A stretch of DNA of 64,000 nt from Octopus vulgaris (taxonomy: Eukaryota), in assembly GCA_951406725.2 (NCBI GenBank), contig OX597839.1:23064001-23128000 (forward strand), read 5' to 3'. Positions 1-14,185 of this stretch are shown here, in pieces (the first letter of the stretch is position 1; every line of letters begins with the position of its first letter). A program made the position numbers and the translations under genes. The notes beneath the pieces are model-generated. The model had not been told where the DNA came from and made no database searches. It worked only from the letters and a program-made list of their open reading frames with translations.

Positions 1-385
1 AAACACATATATATATATATATATATATATACACTTATATACACACTCACACACACATATAGATACATTTATGCACACACACGTGCACACACACACACAT
101 ATACACACATTTATTCGCAAATATATATATATATATATATATAAATATACAATACATATATATATATTTTCTATACATATATATACACATATATATACAT
201 ATACATACATATGCATTTATATATATAGAAATATACACGTAATATATATACATATATATCACCACATGTGTGTATGTATAATACATATACATACACACAC
301 TCATATAAACATGCACACACACTCACATATGTTATATGTGTTACACACACACATTGTGTGTGTGCGTGTGCGTACGTGTGTGTAG
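1..385. repeat. compound (TA)n/(CA)n microsatellite
   Basis: Direct reading; the ORFs here are Y/I/H/T low-complexity translations. Confidence 0.95.
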
Positions 386-861
386 ACACAAGCATAGATA
401 TGCAGTTAGGAATTTCCCTTCACCATCAAGTGGTTAAGTGGTTCCTGGTTCAATCCACCACCACCACCACCACCCCTTCAATGAATGTCTTCTCGCACGC
501 CATCTTGTCTGTATTTATGTTTGCACAAATTAAAAAGCAAATCTATTGTGCTTTACGAATTGCATCCTTGTACTCATCATAACTTAGTAGTTCAACAAAC
601 AGAGTTAGATAAATTACATATTCGGCTGAAAGAAGAACAGCAGCCAATGTAATTGGCCAAATGAAACTGAACTGAGATGCACCAGCATGGCCACAGTCGA
701 AAGGTTGAAACAGTAACCAAAGGTGAATGACTTGCTAACATAAACCATGCTTTTGCTAATTGTTTCAGGTGTCTATGTAGTCCCAGTTACAAGTAGACAT
801 CTGTTGGAGATCCTACTCTTGTTGCAGTGAGACATCAAGGACATGGCAACTATTATTATTA

Positions 862-892
<31 letters not shown>

Positions 893-920
893 CATTATTA
901 TTGTTATTATTATTATTATT

Positions 921-1391
921 ATTGAGTGAGAGAGCAGTGCATGCCATCAAAGTGACACTGGGGTAAAATATACGAAGCCCAATATACCCATCATGACTAC
1001 CCGTCTGATAAAGGTACACCAGGCACATGCATCACAACCATATGTGCGCGACATGGTGATCTCATATCAAGATAAACAGCACATGACCTTGCAGGTGGGG
1101 CCCAGTTAGAATTTTCTTCAGGTCGAGTAGCCCATCCGCTCAAACGGTCCCTGAATAAGGGTTGTTTAAGGATGTTGAAAGAACCACCCATGTTTCCAGA
1201 GGTGAACTATTCAAACCCCAAAGAATCCCTCTCAACACATGACTATGATGCTCCTCCACTACTTCTGCTCGTGATCAGAGATGCACATATCGTCAGCCAC
1301 TAAGGGACATGCTCAACTGGTTAAGGTCAAACAACTGACAAGCAAATCTGTGGTATTGAGCAGAATATTTGCTGTAGCCCATCTTTTATAC
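921..1391 (-). mobile_element. 3' end (last codons plus 3' UTR) of a Dong/R4-like non-LTR retroelement
   Basis: Flanked on both sides by (TAT)n; the minus strand begins ATGGGCTACAGCAAATATTCTG, a frameshifted (M)G-TANIL resembling the GTAHIL end of the adjacent RLE ORF. Confidence 0.55.
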
Positions 1392-1439
1392 TATTATTAT
1401 TATTATTATTATCATTATTATTATTATTATTATTATTAT

Positions 1440-1930
1440 AATTCAGTAGTCTCATTTTCATAATGTGCCTTCACTTCACTACCGAGCGCAGCTCTGTGTG
1501 CCTTGGGTATGTGCTGTGGTTTGTTGTGATGCTCTTATTTTTACTGTATTGAAAGTGTTTTATGTAGGATGTGTGCAGTGCCTAGTAGTGCAATTTTCTG
1601 TATGTTATATGTGTTTGTAAGTCCTGGTGTTTTTGTTATGTATTTGTCTGAATATTTTTTTATCATGCCTAATGCACCTACTATGATAGGAATTGTTTCT
1701 GTTTTTAGATTCCACATTCTGGTTACCTCTATTTCCAGGTCTTTGTATTTTGAAAGTTTCTCCATTTCTTTTAGAGAAATGTTGTCATCTGCCGGTATTG
1801 ATATATCAATTAGAAAGCATTTTTTTTCTTCTAGATCTCTGACAACTATATCTGGTCTGTTGGCCTTAATTTCTCTATCTGTGCGTATTGGCATATCCCA
1901 GAGTATGGTTGCTTTCTCGTTTTCTGTGAC
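1440..1930 (-). mobile_element. 5'-truncated Dong/R4-clade non-LTR retrotransposon, RLE endonuclease C-terminus (ORF ends at 1541)
   Basis: ILWDMPIRTDREIKANRPDIVV...LIDISIP...EKLSKYKDL...IPIIVGALG...QKIALLGTAHIL is a typical RLE domain (RPD...D...K..KY); the 3' end abuts a (TAA)n tract. Confidence 0.9.
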
Positions 1931-1994
1931 CTTTTCTTCTTCTTCTTCTTCTTCTTATTATTATTATTATTATTATTATTACTTTTTTTTTTCT

Positions 1995-2100
1995 TCTTTC
2001 AAATTTTCTTCCATTTCTTGCCGAGTGTCTTCCCGACTCCTAGGGCAAAGAAACTCATAGTGTATATTGGTAGGCCATTAAACCAAACTCAGTAGTTCGT

Positions 2101-2131
<31 letters not shown>

Positions 2132-2280
2132 GTTAAATTAAAATACATGAGCAGCAACAGTTCTCACATCGACAATGCTCTTCTCAATACGTGTGATGTA
2201 CCAGTTAAGACAATCTTTTGCACTTCTTGCAGGGATGGTAAGCCAGGGATCATTCTCATATAATTTTCGGTTCCCTTCTT

Positions 2281-2282
<2 letters not shown>
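1995..2282 (-). mobile_element. Dong/R4-like 3' fragment
   Basis: Minus strand reads KKGTENYMRMIPGLPSLQEVQKIVLTGTSHVLRRALSM*; near-identical to the 3800-4203 copy; (TAT)n flanks. Confidence 0.85.
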
Positions 2283-2319
<37 letters not shown>

Positions 2320-2320
<1 letters not shown>

Positions 2321-2530
2321 GACAATGAGCTGGTAGAATCGTTAGCATGCCAGGGAAAATGCTTAACGGTATTTCATCTGTCGCTACATTCTGAGTTCAA
2401 ATTCCACTAAGGTTGGCTTTGTCTTTTATCCTTTCAGGATCGATGAAATAAGCACCAGTTGTGTACTGTGGTCGATCTAATCAATTGGCCCCCTCCCCAA
2501 AAATGTCAGGCCTTGTGCCTAAAGTAGGAA
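2320..2530 (+). mobile_element. SINE family B
   Basis: GAGCTGGTAGAATCGTTAGC head, GAGTTCAAATTCC B-box-like motif; matches the copies at 24.9-25.9, 55.8 and 58.9 kb. Confidence 0.85.
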
Positions 2531-2535
2531 AGTTC

Positions 2536-2568
<33 letters not shown>

Positions 2569-2579
2569 GTTATTATCAT

Positions 2580-2830
2580 TTTGGTTTGGCTCAGGTTTGG
2601 TCTTATTCCTGGTAGGATTTATACGTGTAGCGGATTAGTACCTGTAACCTCAGGTACCCACAAGTTTTCAGCAGTCTTCCAAGTGCTCAGAACCCTCTTG
2701 ATAATCCTTGCTCTCCCTAAGAGACAAATTTTCTATAGGAGCTCTACCAGGCCATGCTATTCCAATCTCCTTCAGCCATTTGTCTACATCATTGGTTCCT
2801 AATCTTTTCACAGTGGTTCCCAGCCCTTTT
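2580..2830 (-). mobile_element. degenerate Dong/R4-like 3' fragment
   Basis: Minus strand gives DVDKWLKEIGI, then after a frameshift VELL*KICLLGRARIIKRVLST; 3' end at a (TAT)n tract. Confidence 0.65.
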
Positions 2831-2894
2831 TATTTAAATGAGCTTTCCCATGGACCTCTTTTAATATACTTCTCCTTATATATATATATATATA

Positions 2895-3115
2895 TACTCT
2901 CTTTTTACTCTTTTACTTGTCTCAGTCATTTGACTGCAGCCATGCTGGAGCACTGCCTTTAATCGAGCAACTCGACCCCAGGACTTATTCTTTTGTAAGC
3001 CCAGTACTTATTCTATCGGTCTATTTAGCCGAACCGCTAAGTAACGGGGACATAAACACACCAGCATCAGTTGTCAAGCAATGCTAGGGGGACAAACACT
3101 GACACACAAACACAC
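2895..3115 (-). mobile_element. SINE family A, 3' half
   Basis: Reverse complement of the CCAGCATGGCCGCAGTCAAATGACTGAAACAAGTAAAAG tail repeated across the window. Confidence 0.9.
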
Positions 3116-3177
3116 ACACACATACATATATATACACACACACACACATATATACACACACACACACACATATATAT

Positions 3178-3265
<88 letters not shown>

Positions 3266-3294
3266 CCGCATACACATATACACACACATATATG

Positions 3295-3359
<65 letters not shown>

Positions 3360-3399
3360 GAAATTCTGAATTTAGTTCATGGACTCCCAGTAGGAACCA

Positions 3400-3772
3400 C
3401 TGGCCTATATCTTGCTATACTGTTCCCAACGTACCAATTATTATTGGCACAACCTTAACAGTTCTCATACTCCAAATTCTTCCTATTTCAAATTTTAAAG
3501 GATTGTACTTTTTTTTTTTTTAGTTATCCTTCTTTCTTCACGATCCTGGAATCAAGCAAGCATGATGGGTCAATTAGTAAGCAAATAGTTATGTTCAGTC
3601 TGTTATTTTCTAACTTCTTGTCCATTTGAATAGGTAAGTCCTACAAAATCTTATATTTCTCCGACTCCAGTACTCTTTCGACTCAAAGATTTTACCATGT
3701 GTTTCTTGCTTAAAATCACCATTTCTGGCACAATTTCCAGTGTATAACTTTTGCAGTCAGGTCGTGCTTCCT
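3400..3772 (-). mobile_element. degenerate Dong/R4-like RLE fragment
   Basis: Interrupted minus-strand translation HDLTAKVIHWKLC...ESEKYKIL*DLPIQMDKKLENNR...FEIGRIWSMRTVKVVPIIIGTLGTV. Confidence 0.75.
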
Positions 3773-3799
3773 ATTATTATTATTATTATTATTATTTTC

Positions 3800-4203
3800 A
3801 TTAGCATTTTCTTTCAATTCTGCTTCCATTTCTTGCCGAGTGTCTTCCTGACACCTAGGCTAGAGAAACGTACTGCACACATTGGTAAGCCATTAAAACA
3901 AACACACCAGATTCTTCAGTTACAGAGTCATGTGATAGCGAAAAAGGGGAAGACAGAGAGGAAAAGGAAAAATAAAAAACAGAAAAGTAAACAAATGAAA
4001 TGGGGGGGGGGGAGAAAATTCAGAGCAACAATACTCTTCTCAATACATGTGATTTACCAGTTAAGACAATCTTTTGCACTTCCTGCATGGATGGTAAACC
4101 AGGGATCATTCTTGGATAATTTTCAGTTCTTTTTTTGATCATTCCAAGTGTTCCGACAATTACTGGTATTCTAACCGTCTTGAGATGCCACATCTTTTCA
4201 ATG
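3800..4203 (-). mobile_element. Dong/R4-like 3' fragment
   Basis: IEKMWHLKTVRIPVIVGTLGMIKKRTENYPRMIPGLPSMQEVQKIVLTGKSHVLRR; 3' end at (TAT)n. Confidence 0.85.
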
Positions 4204-4249
<46 letters not shown>

Positions 4250-4412
4250 TATATATATATATGCATACATACACACACACACACATATCTACACACACAC
4301 ACACACATATATATGCATACACACACGCACACACACATATCTACACACACACACACACATATGCATACACAAACGCACACACATATATATATGCATACAT
4401 ACACGCACACAC

Positions 4413-4454
<42 letters not shown>

Positions 4455-4560
4455 GCATACACACACGCACACACACATATCTACACACACACACACGCAC
4501 ACACATATATATGCATACGTACACGCACAGACACATACCTACACACACACACACACGCAT
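4203..4560. repeat. (CA)n/(TA)n compound microsatellite
   Basis: Direct reading. Confidence 0.95.
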
Positions 4561-4682
4561 ATATGTTTTCAGGATTAAATGTTTTAATGTTTCCACTTTT
4601 TGCAAGACAGTAAGGAAAGTAATTTAAAGATGATTTCGCTATTAATTCTACAAGATGAATCCCCCTACCCACATTCCGCCCT

Positions 4683-4722
<40 letters not shown>

Positions 4723-4999
4723 ACAAACAGACACACATTAGCCTGGTGCGTGTTTATTGTTGTAGCAACAGAAAGAATTCTGAATCACCAGCTCCCCCTC
4801 CTCCCACCTCACCCCCTTATCCTTTTTCCCTCCTCTTCTTCCTCACTCTTTGTCTCTCTTTCCTCCTCTAATTCCAATTACTTACTCATATGCAACACGC
4901 CCCTCCATCATCCCATCCCCGACACACAACCCCACCCCCTCCTTCTCCAGAGATGCTAAGTTCTCTAATCACATACAAACATAAGGAAATTATATCTAC

Positions 5000-5423
5000 G
5001 ATATATGTGTGTGTGTGTATATATATATATATATACATACATACACACATATGTATGTATATACATATACATATAAATGTATATATACATATATATATAC
5101 ATACATATATATACATAAGTGTTTATACATATATAAACATATATGTACATACATATATATACATATATGTACATACATACACATATATGCATAAACATAT
5201 ACATACATACGTATGTACATACATACACACACACATACATACACACATATGTATGTATATACATATAAATGTATATATACACATACATATACATATATAT
5301 ATATATACATACATACATATACATAAGTGTTTATACATATATAAACATATATGTACATACATATATATACATATATGTACATACATACACATATATGCAT
5401 AAACATATACATACATACGTATG

Positions 5424-5487
<64 letters not shown>

Positions 5488-5490
5488 ATT
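5000..5490. repeat. TA/CA-rich microsatellite with an internal tandem duplication
   Basis: ACATAAGTGTTTATACATATATAAAC occurs at about 5113 and 5321. Confidence 0.9.
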
Positions 5491-6199
5491 TTTTTTCTTT
5501 CTGCAAAGTAATGTTTTTCAAATTTGAATAATTTTTTCCCCCATTTTTTGCAGAGGTTATGGTATTAGAAATGTAAATTTGGTTTCAATATTTTATATGG
5601 AATAATTCCATTAGAAGAACAATTTTAATTAAAGAAAATATGAAAAAAAACATACTAAAAATATATATATATATTTTTTTTTGTTCCTCCTCCCAAAGAT
5701 AATCACCGAAATGGAATCACAATAAAATCTTGCAGATCCAAACAGGTTAATGCGATTAATAAAAGATATTTCTGAAGTAATATATATCTATGTAATAAAA
5801 TTATTATTAATAAGTTTAATTAATACAATTACTAACAGGATCCAGAGTATATTGATAAAGACAAGACTGTAAATTCTACATGGAGGGAATAAACCAAAAA
5901 TATTTCCAAGATAGGCTGTAATTACATTATCGTATAGAATTACCGAATTCATATTCTGTGTGATGTGTTATCCAATTCCCCTTAGACTCAAAGCCCATCA
6001 GCAGAAAAATGGCTGCTTCAGTATTACAACGCTTGCACCTTAGGGCGGACTAAAATGGTAAGAAAATGCCAGCATTTATTTTTAATGGAGGAATCCTATG
6101 AAACAATTACACAATTAAAGTGGCAAACCCAGCCAAAATCCTTATTGTTAAAGTTCAATTTGGCAAAGGGTCATTATCATTCTACTCAGTTTAACACTG

Positions 6200-7000
<801 letters not shown>

Positions 7001-7737
7001 CATTTGTGGTGGCAAATAAACCATTTTGAGGGAATAAATTAGAATTATTTCCCCTCCATCTACAAAATAATTCTTTACAGAAATTTACTTCCAAAAATCT
7101 CAAAAAACCCTACCAAAAAAAAAAAAAAAAGAAAAAAAGGGAAACCGCCAAAATTGAAATAAAAATATCTATAAAATAAGTACAATGATATATGGACATT
7201 CCTGCATCCATTTTTATTGGCACAGCCTTCCAGAACAGAACCGCCGCCCACCACCGCCGAAGCTGTTTGGGCGAGACTTCCAAATATGCAATCGATGTGC
7301 TCTTGTTGCACATCAGTTTAATACAGGCAAAGCTTGACTCATGTGAAAAGGGCATTAAATACTTGCCTGTCAAACTCCCTTCTCTATCACCCCTTATTTT
7401 ATCGTGTTCCCTTCCTGCCTTCAGTTCCCTAAAATAGTTCCGTTGCTTCCTGTGTTAGATGAAGCCACTTAGCTGTGTACACCCCACTGCTCCTTTCTGA
7501 GTCTCTCTATCTCTCTCTCTCTCTCTCTTTCCCCTCTCTCTCCACCCCTATTTCTTTCTCTCTCTCTCTCTCTCTCCTTTTATCTTTCTCTATGTCCCTT
7601 TCCCCCTCTCTCATATATGAGTCTTTCTCTTGATATATATATATATATATATATATTTATAAAACTTAACCATATAGAGTGATATAATTTAATATATATG
7701 TACACACACATACACATATATAAATATACATACATAT

Positions 7738-7775
<38 letters not shown>

Positions 7776-7864
7776 TATATACATATATACACACAAATAT
7801 AGTTGCTTTTCTGTCTGTCTGGCTCTTTCTACAATCCCTATCATTCTCTCTCTCCCTATCTGTG

Positions 7865-8380
<516 letters not shown>

Positions 8381-9416
8381 ATCCGTCTTTATCTCCCTAT
8401 CTACATCTCTCTCTCCCCGAGCCGCGCCGAACCCCCTAATCTTACATAAATTCCACCAGTTATCCAGTGTGTCTGTCTGTCTGTCTGTAAAGTTATTTGC
8501 CAGTGCGTATCAGCTGCGCGCAACACATGCATGTGTGCAGCAGCACATCCGCCGTGTGCGTGTGTGTGTGTGCATCCGTAAGGAGGGGAAGGAGAGAGGA
8601 AGAAGGGACACTTGTTTGAATTGCAATTTAATGCTGGCTGTGCATGTCCAATTCCAAAGAGACACTTGGATAGCAACTGAAGGAATTCCTACCATTATCA
8701 CATAATTCACAAATATGATAGTTACAGCCACACAACTGCTTCCTCCCACCTACCCCCCTTGACTTAATCCTCCACTGCTTCTACACCCACCCACGCCATT
8801 CCCCCCTTCCCTCTGCTCCCTTTTTCTGTCGGGCTTTCCTCTGCCTCTTTTATTTCCCTTCCTTCCTTCCTTCCTGCCTTCCTTTGCGTTGCGTTTTCTT
8901 CCTTCCTAGTCGCAGACACGCAAAACTTTCTCCCTACTTTCCACCCAACGAAAGAATGTTGTTGATCAATGCGTAAACGCGTGTTCCAAACCGATCAGAT
9001 CTATCATGTCCTTCTCACTGCGCTCAAAGTAAGAAGAAAAAAAAAGAAAACCCTCTTCACCCACCCCCCACTCTCTCCCACTCCTTTCTCACATTCTGCT
9101 CCCTTTCTCTCACCCTCTTACTCTTACACACACACACACACACACACAGACACACACACAGATTATCATACATGGACATAAATACATATATTAAGACACT
9201 GTTCAAACAGGCACACACATTTACATGTGCATGTTTGTATATATGTATATACATAAATGGTATATACACAATACACACACACACACACACAGTATGTATA
9301 TATACATATATATATATATGGTATATGCACAATATACATACGTATATGACCTTGTGTGTACTGTTGGCGATTTTTTTTCCTCCGTCTTCCCTTCCCTGGA
9401 TCTTTCCTTCTCCTAT

Positions 9417-9451
9417 GTTTCCGACGAAGAGCTCCGCTCGAAACGTTAAAC
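9417..9451 (+). ncRNA. minimal type I hammerhead motif (U4>C variant), probably Penelope-associated
   Basis: GTTT-CCGACGA-a-GAGC-tcc-GCTC-GAAA-CG-TT-AAAC; stems I and II pair and ACGT is palindromic; preceded by a pyrimidine-rich tract. Confidence 0.65.
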
Positions 9452-9547
9452 CCTCCTTCTTTCACTTCTTCCTGAGCATCCAATAATACTATATTTGTTC
9501 TACGTCCTCGCGTTGTTGTTTTTCTCTTTGTGTTTTCATGTTTGGAT

Positions 9548-9612
<65 letters not shown>

Positions 9613-9630
9613 ATATGTATATATAGATAG

Positions 9631-9677
<47 letters not shown>

Positions 9678-9716
9678 ATATATATACGTATATATATATA
9701 TATACATATACACATA

Positions 9717-9927
9717 CAGTGTGGCCCAAAAGTAGGTTTACAGTTATCATGTAGGCAATTTCAATTTCTTTTAAAACATTTTATTACATTTAAATTTCTA
9801 TCTTTCAATTAACTAAATTAGCATAAAATAATGGTTTCCTACTTTTTTTATAATTAAGATCAAAACTGTAAATAATATGAAGACGAAAGGGATAATTGAA
9901 TAACTGTAAACCTACTTTTAGTCCACC

Positions 9928-9930
<3 letters not shown>
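9717..9930. mobile_element. Tc1/mariner-type MITE
   Basis: TIRs CAGTGTGGCCCAAAAGTAGGTTTACAGTTA / TAACTGTAAACCTACTTTTAGTCCACCCTG with TA on both sides. Confidence 0.9.
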
Positions 9931-10021
<91 letters not shown>

Positions 10022-10087
10022 TGGAGTAAACACATAAATGTGAAACAAGGTGGAAAAAAGAGTACTCAAATACCAGTGGTAGAGTAA

Positions 10088-10170
10088 TATGCTTTATTTA
10101 AAGCAGCAGAAAATTCAACAAAATCTGTTACAGGTTTTGCTGAATTTTCTGCTGCTTTAAATAAAGTATA
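10088..10170. repeat. near-perfect inverted repeat with 41-bp arms
   Basis: TATGCTTTATTTAAAGCAGCAGAAAATTCAACAAAATCTGT versus ACAGGTTTTGCTGAATTTTCTGCTGCTTTAAATAAAGTATA. Confidence 0.9.
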
Positions 10171-10342
10171 TATATATATATAAATACAATTGATGAATGC
10201 CCAAATTTAAACTTGGAAGTATATAATAATACTACCGACAGCACTGGGTAATTCTGAAGGTGGATGAGCTTTATACTGTACTCTACCACACTCCTAACAG
10301 AATGAATGAATGAATGTATGTATGTATGTATGTATGAATGAA

Positions 10343-10373
<31 letters not shown>

Positions 10374-10377
10374 ATTC

Positions 10378-10514
10378 CTTTACTTGTTTCAATCATTTGA
10401 TTGAGGCCATGCTGGGGCACCACCTTGAAGGGTCTTAGTCAAACTAATTGACCACAGGACTTATTTCTTAAGCCTAGTACTTGTTCTATTGGTCTCTTTT
10501 GTCAAACCGCTATG

Positions 10515-10566
<52 letters not shown>

Positions 10567-10765
10567 CATTGTGTACAGTGCTCAGGTGCACTACAACTCA
10601 TCGAAAGTGTATATATAAATATGGGGATGTAAACACACCAACACCAGTTGTCGAATGTTGATGGGGAGACAAACACACACACACACACATATTCAATGGA
10701 GTTTTTCAGCTTCCATCCCCTAAATCCACTGCTATAGCCCAAAGCTATAGGAGAAGACACTTGCA
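10378..10765 (-). mobile_element. SINE family A interrupted by (TAA)n and a short insert
   Basis: Reverse-complement match to family A. Confidence 0.8.
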
Positions 10766-10906
10766 CAAGGGTTTTTCTTTTCTCCCAACTGACCCTACCA
10801 TACTGTGTAGTCAACAAAATCAAAAACAAACAATATGCATACGTGAAATTAAATACATAAAATTGCAACAATTTACACATCACACTCTGTATATACATAT
10901 ATATGG

Positions 10907-10944
<38 letters not shown>

Positions 10945-10994
10945 CCCATGCTAGCATGGAAAACGGACGTTAAATGATGATGAGATGATGATGA

Positions 10995-11023
<29 letters not shown>

Positions 11024-11027
<4 letters not shown>

Positions 11028-11428
11028 CACAGGAGTGGCTGAGTGGTAAGTGGCTTGTTTACTAAGCACATGATTCTGGGTTCAGTCCCTGTGTGTGGCA
11101 CCTTGGGCAAGTGCCTTCTGCTACAGCCTTGGGCCGACCAAAGCCTTGTGAATGGATTTGGAAGATGAAAACTGGAAGAAGCCTGTCATATGTATGTATG
11201 TATGTATGTGTGTGTGTGTGTGTGTGTGTATGTTTGTCCCCCCCCCCCCAACATTGCTTGACAAGCGATGCTGGTGTGTTTTCCTCCCCGTAACTTAGCG
11301 GTTCGGCAAAAGAGACCAATAGAATAAGTACTAGGTTTACAAAGAATAAGCTCTTGGGTCGATTTGCTCGACTAAAGGCGGTGCTCCGGCATGGCCACAG
11401 TCAACTGACTGAAACAAGTAAAAGAATA
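11024..11428 (+). mobile_element. SINE family A, full length (tRNA-like head, central microsatellite)
   Basis: A-box GTGGCTGAGTGG, B-box-like GGTTCAGTCCC, conserved body and tail. Confidence 0.92.
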
Positions 11429-11452
11429 TATATATATGTGTGTATGTATATA

Positions 11453-11483
<31 letters not shown>

Positions 11484-11689
11484 TTATATACACAAACACA
11501 CACAGGTAGTCATATCTCATACATAAATACAACCAAATACAGTTGAAACAGGCCCAAACAACACACACACACACACAGATTATTGCGATATTACCTCGAA
11601 TACGAAGAGGCTATAACAGGAAAACATAAACAAGACATGTGCTGATACAGCTTGCTCATGTATACTACCACACACACACACACACAGGG

Positions 11690-11944
11690 ACATATTTTTA
11701 AAGGCCTTAACACACACACACACAATAGAATATCGGTATGCTGTATTTCACACACATACACACACACACACACAAGTCTGATGATCTGCTGTAATTCACA
11801 CACACACACAAGAACATATATTTAAAGGCCTTCACACACACACACTCACACACACACACACACACACACACACAAGTCAGATGATCTGCTGTAATTCACA
11901 CACACACACAAGAACATATATTTAAAGGCCTTCACACACACACA

Positions 11945-11981
<37 letters not shown>

Positions 11982-12566
11982 GTCAGATGATCTGCTGTAA
12001 TTCACACACACGAACATATATTTAAAGGCCTTCACACAAACTCACACACACACACACACACACAAGAACATATATTTAAAGGCTTTCATACACACACACA
12101 CACACACACATATATTTAAAGGCCTTCACACACACACACAAGAACATATATTTAAAGGCTTTCATACACACACACACACACACACAAGGACATATATTTA
12201 AAGGCCTTCGCACACACACACACACACACGCACATACACACACACACAAGAACATATATTTAAAGGCTTTCATACACACACACACACACACACACACACA
12301 AGGACATATATTTAAAGGCCTTTACACACACACACACTCACACACTCACACACACACACATACACACAAGAACATATATTTAAAGGCCTTCACACACACA
12401 CACACACACGCACATACACACACACACAAGAACATATATTTAAAGGCTTAAATACACACACACACACACACACACACACAAGGACATATATTTAAAGGCC
12501 TCTACACACACACACACACTCACACACTCATACACACACACACAAGAACATATATTTAAAGGCTTT

Positions 12567-12601
<35 letters not shown>

Positions 12602-12630
12602 GGACATATATTTAAAGGCCTTTACACACA
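11690..12630. repeat. minisatellite: about 23-bp core AAGAACATATATTTAAAGGCCTT separated by variable (CA)n
   Basis: The core recurs roughly 16 times. Confidence 0.95.
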
Positions 12631-13193
12631 CACACATGCACAATAACATTTACACAACCACAGCAAAATACTGCTTTGTCCTCGTGTCAAATACACACTG
12701 ATGCAACATGCTAGAAATAACAGCTTAATCTCTCTCAAACCACACGATAATTTGTTAAATAACGACACAATCAATGTGGCTTTGAGTTCCACAAAATGGT
12801 CATGGTTGGAATATCTTTAGTCATAGTTTTGCTCAGAGATGCCCTAGCAATGTACATAAGCAGACATCTAAACAATTACAGGCAAATACACAAGGGCTGA
12901 CATAGGGGACGTTGTGCTAGAAATAGCAGCCAAATTACTTTGAATCACACTCACAGAGTTTTAAATAGAGGACATATTTTTCATAGTGTGATCCAAGATA
13001 GCATTATATCTGATACTGACTGGATGGCCACAAGTGGAATAAGTTTTGATCACAGGACTGTTTGATGAAGGTTGACCTAGGGTTAAACATCAATATAAAC
13101 ATATCCAGCTATTGCATGAGCTGGAGGTCAGTCACATAGTGACACAGAAATAATTGCTGTGTGTTTGTGTGTAATGTGTATATGTGTATATAT

Positions 13194-13575
13194 GTGGAGG
13201 CGCAATGGCCCAGTGGTTAGGGCAGCGGACTCGCGGTCATAGGATCGTGGTTTCGATTCCCAGACCGGGCGTTGTGAGTGTTTATTGAGCAAAAACACCT
13301 AAAGCTCCACGAGGCTCCGGCAGGGGGTGGTGGTGATCCCTGCTGTGCTCTTTCACCACAACTTTCTCTCACTCTTACTTCCTGTTTCTGTTGTACCTGT
13401 ATTTCAAAGGGCCGGCCTTGTCACTCTCTGTGTCACACTGAATATCCCCGAGAACTACGTTAAGGGTACACGTGTCTGTGGAGTGCTCAGCCACTTACAC
13501 GATAATTTCACGAGCAGGCTGTTCCGTTGATTCGGATCAACCGGAACCCTCGTCGTCGTAACCAACGGAGTGCTT
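13194..13575 (+). mobile_element. tRNA-derived SINE family C
   Basis: A-box TGGCCCAGTGG, B-box GTTTCGATTCC; near-identical to 27378-27762. Confidence 0.92.
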
Positions 13576-13599
13576 CCTCCCCTGTGCATATATATAATG

Positions 13600-14172
13600 A
13601 CAAGTGACCGAGACCGTTGGAGAGATATGCTGTGCTTGAGAAGACCCATGAAGCCAAGTGAGATTGAAGTCATGGCCGATGCCAGTGTTGCACAACTGGT
13701 CCATTTAAAAGCATCCTTCAATCAGGTGAGATGCTGTGCTTGTGAAGACCTGTTGAACTGAGCGAAATCATAGTCGTGGCTGATGCCAGTGCCGTCTGAC
13801 CGGCACCCATGCCATTGGCATGTAAAAAGCACCGTTTGAGTGTGGCCGATGCCAGTGCCTCGTGACTGGCACCTGTGCCAGTGGCACATAAAAAGCAACA
13901 TTCGAGCATGACCAATGCCAATGCTGTCTGACTGACACCTGTGCAAGTAGCATGTAAAAAGCACCATTTGAGTGTGGCCAATGCCAGTGGTATGTAAAAA
14001 GCACCATTCAGGCATGGCCAATGCCACAGAGTGGTTAGCATTAGGAAGGGCATCCAGCTGTAAAAACCTTGCCAAATCAAATTGGAGTCTGGTGCTGCCT
14101 CCCAGCTTGCCAGTCTTCAGTAAAACCGTCCAACCCATGCCAGCATGGAAAGTAGACATTAAACGACGATGA
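13600..14172 (+). mobile_element. short retroposon family D (RTE-related, (GAT)n tail, internal tandem units)
   Basis: AGGAAGGGCATCCAGCTGTAAAAA motif, ending ACATTAAACGACGATGAT; many copies in the window. Confidence 0.8.
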
Positions 14173-14185
14173 TATATATATATAT

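Noticed and set aside
750-830. Acceptor-like TGCTAAT..TTTCAG followed by a short open frame
   Set aside because: No good donor site or recognisable peptide
7075-7437. Three overlapping non-repetitive ORFs
   Set aside because: No recognisable protein or splice structure; more likely non-coding
11690-12630. CRISPR-like repeat-spacer pattern
   Set aside because: Spacers are only (CA)n; eukaryotic context; no cas genes
13194-13270. tRNA gene
   Set aside because: It has A/B boxes but continues into a SINE body repeated at 27378; no proper acceptor stem
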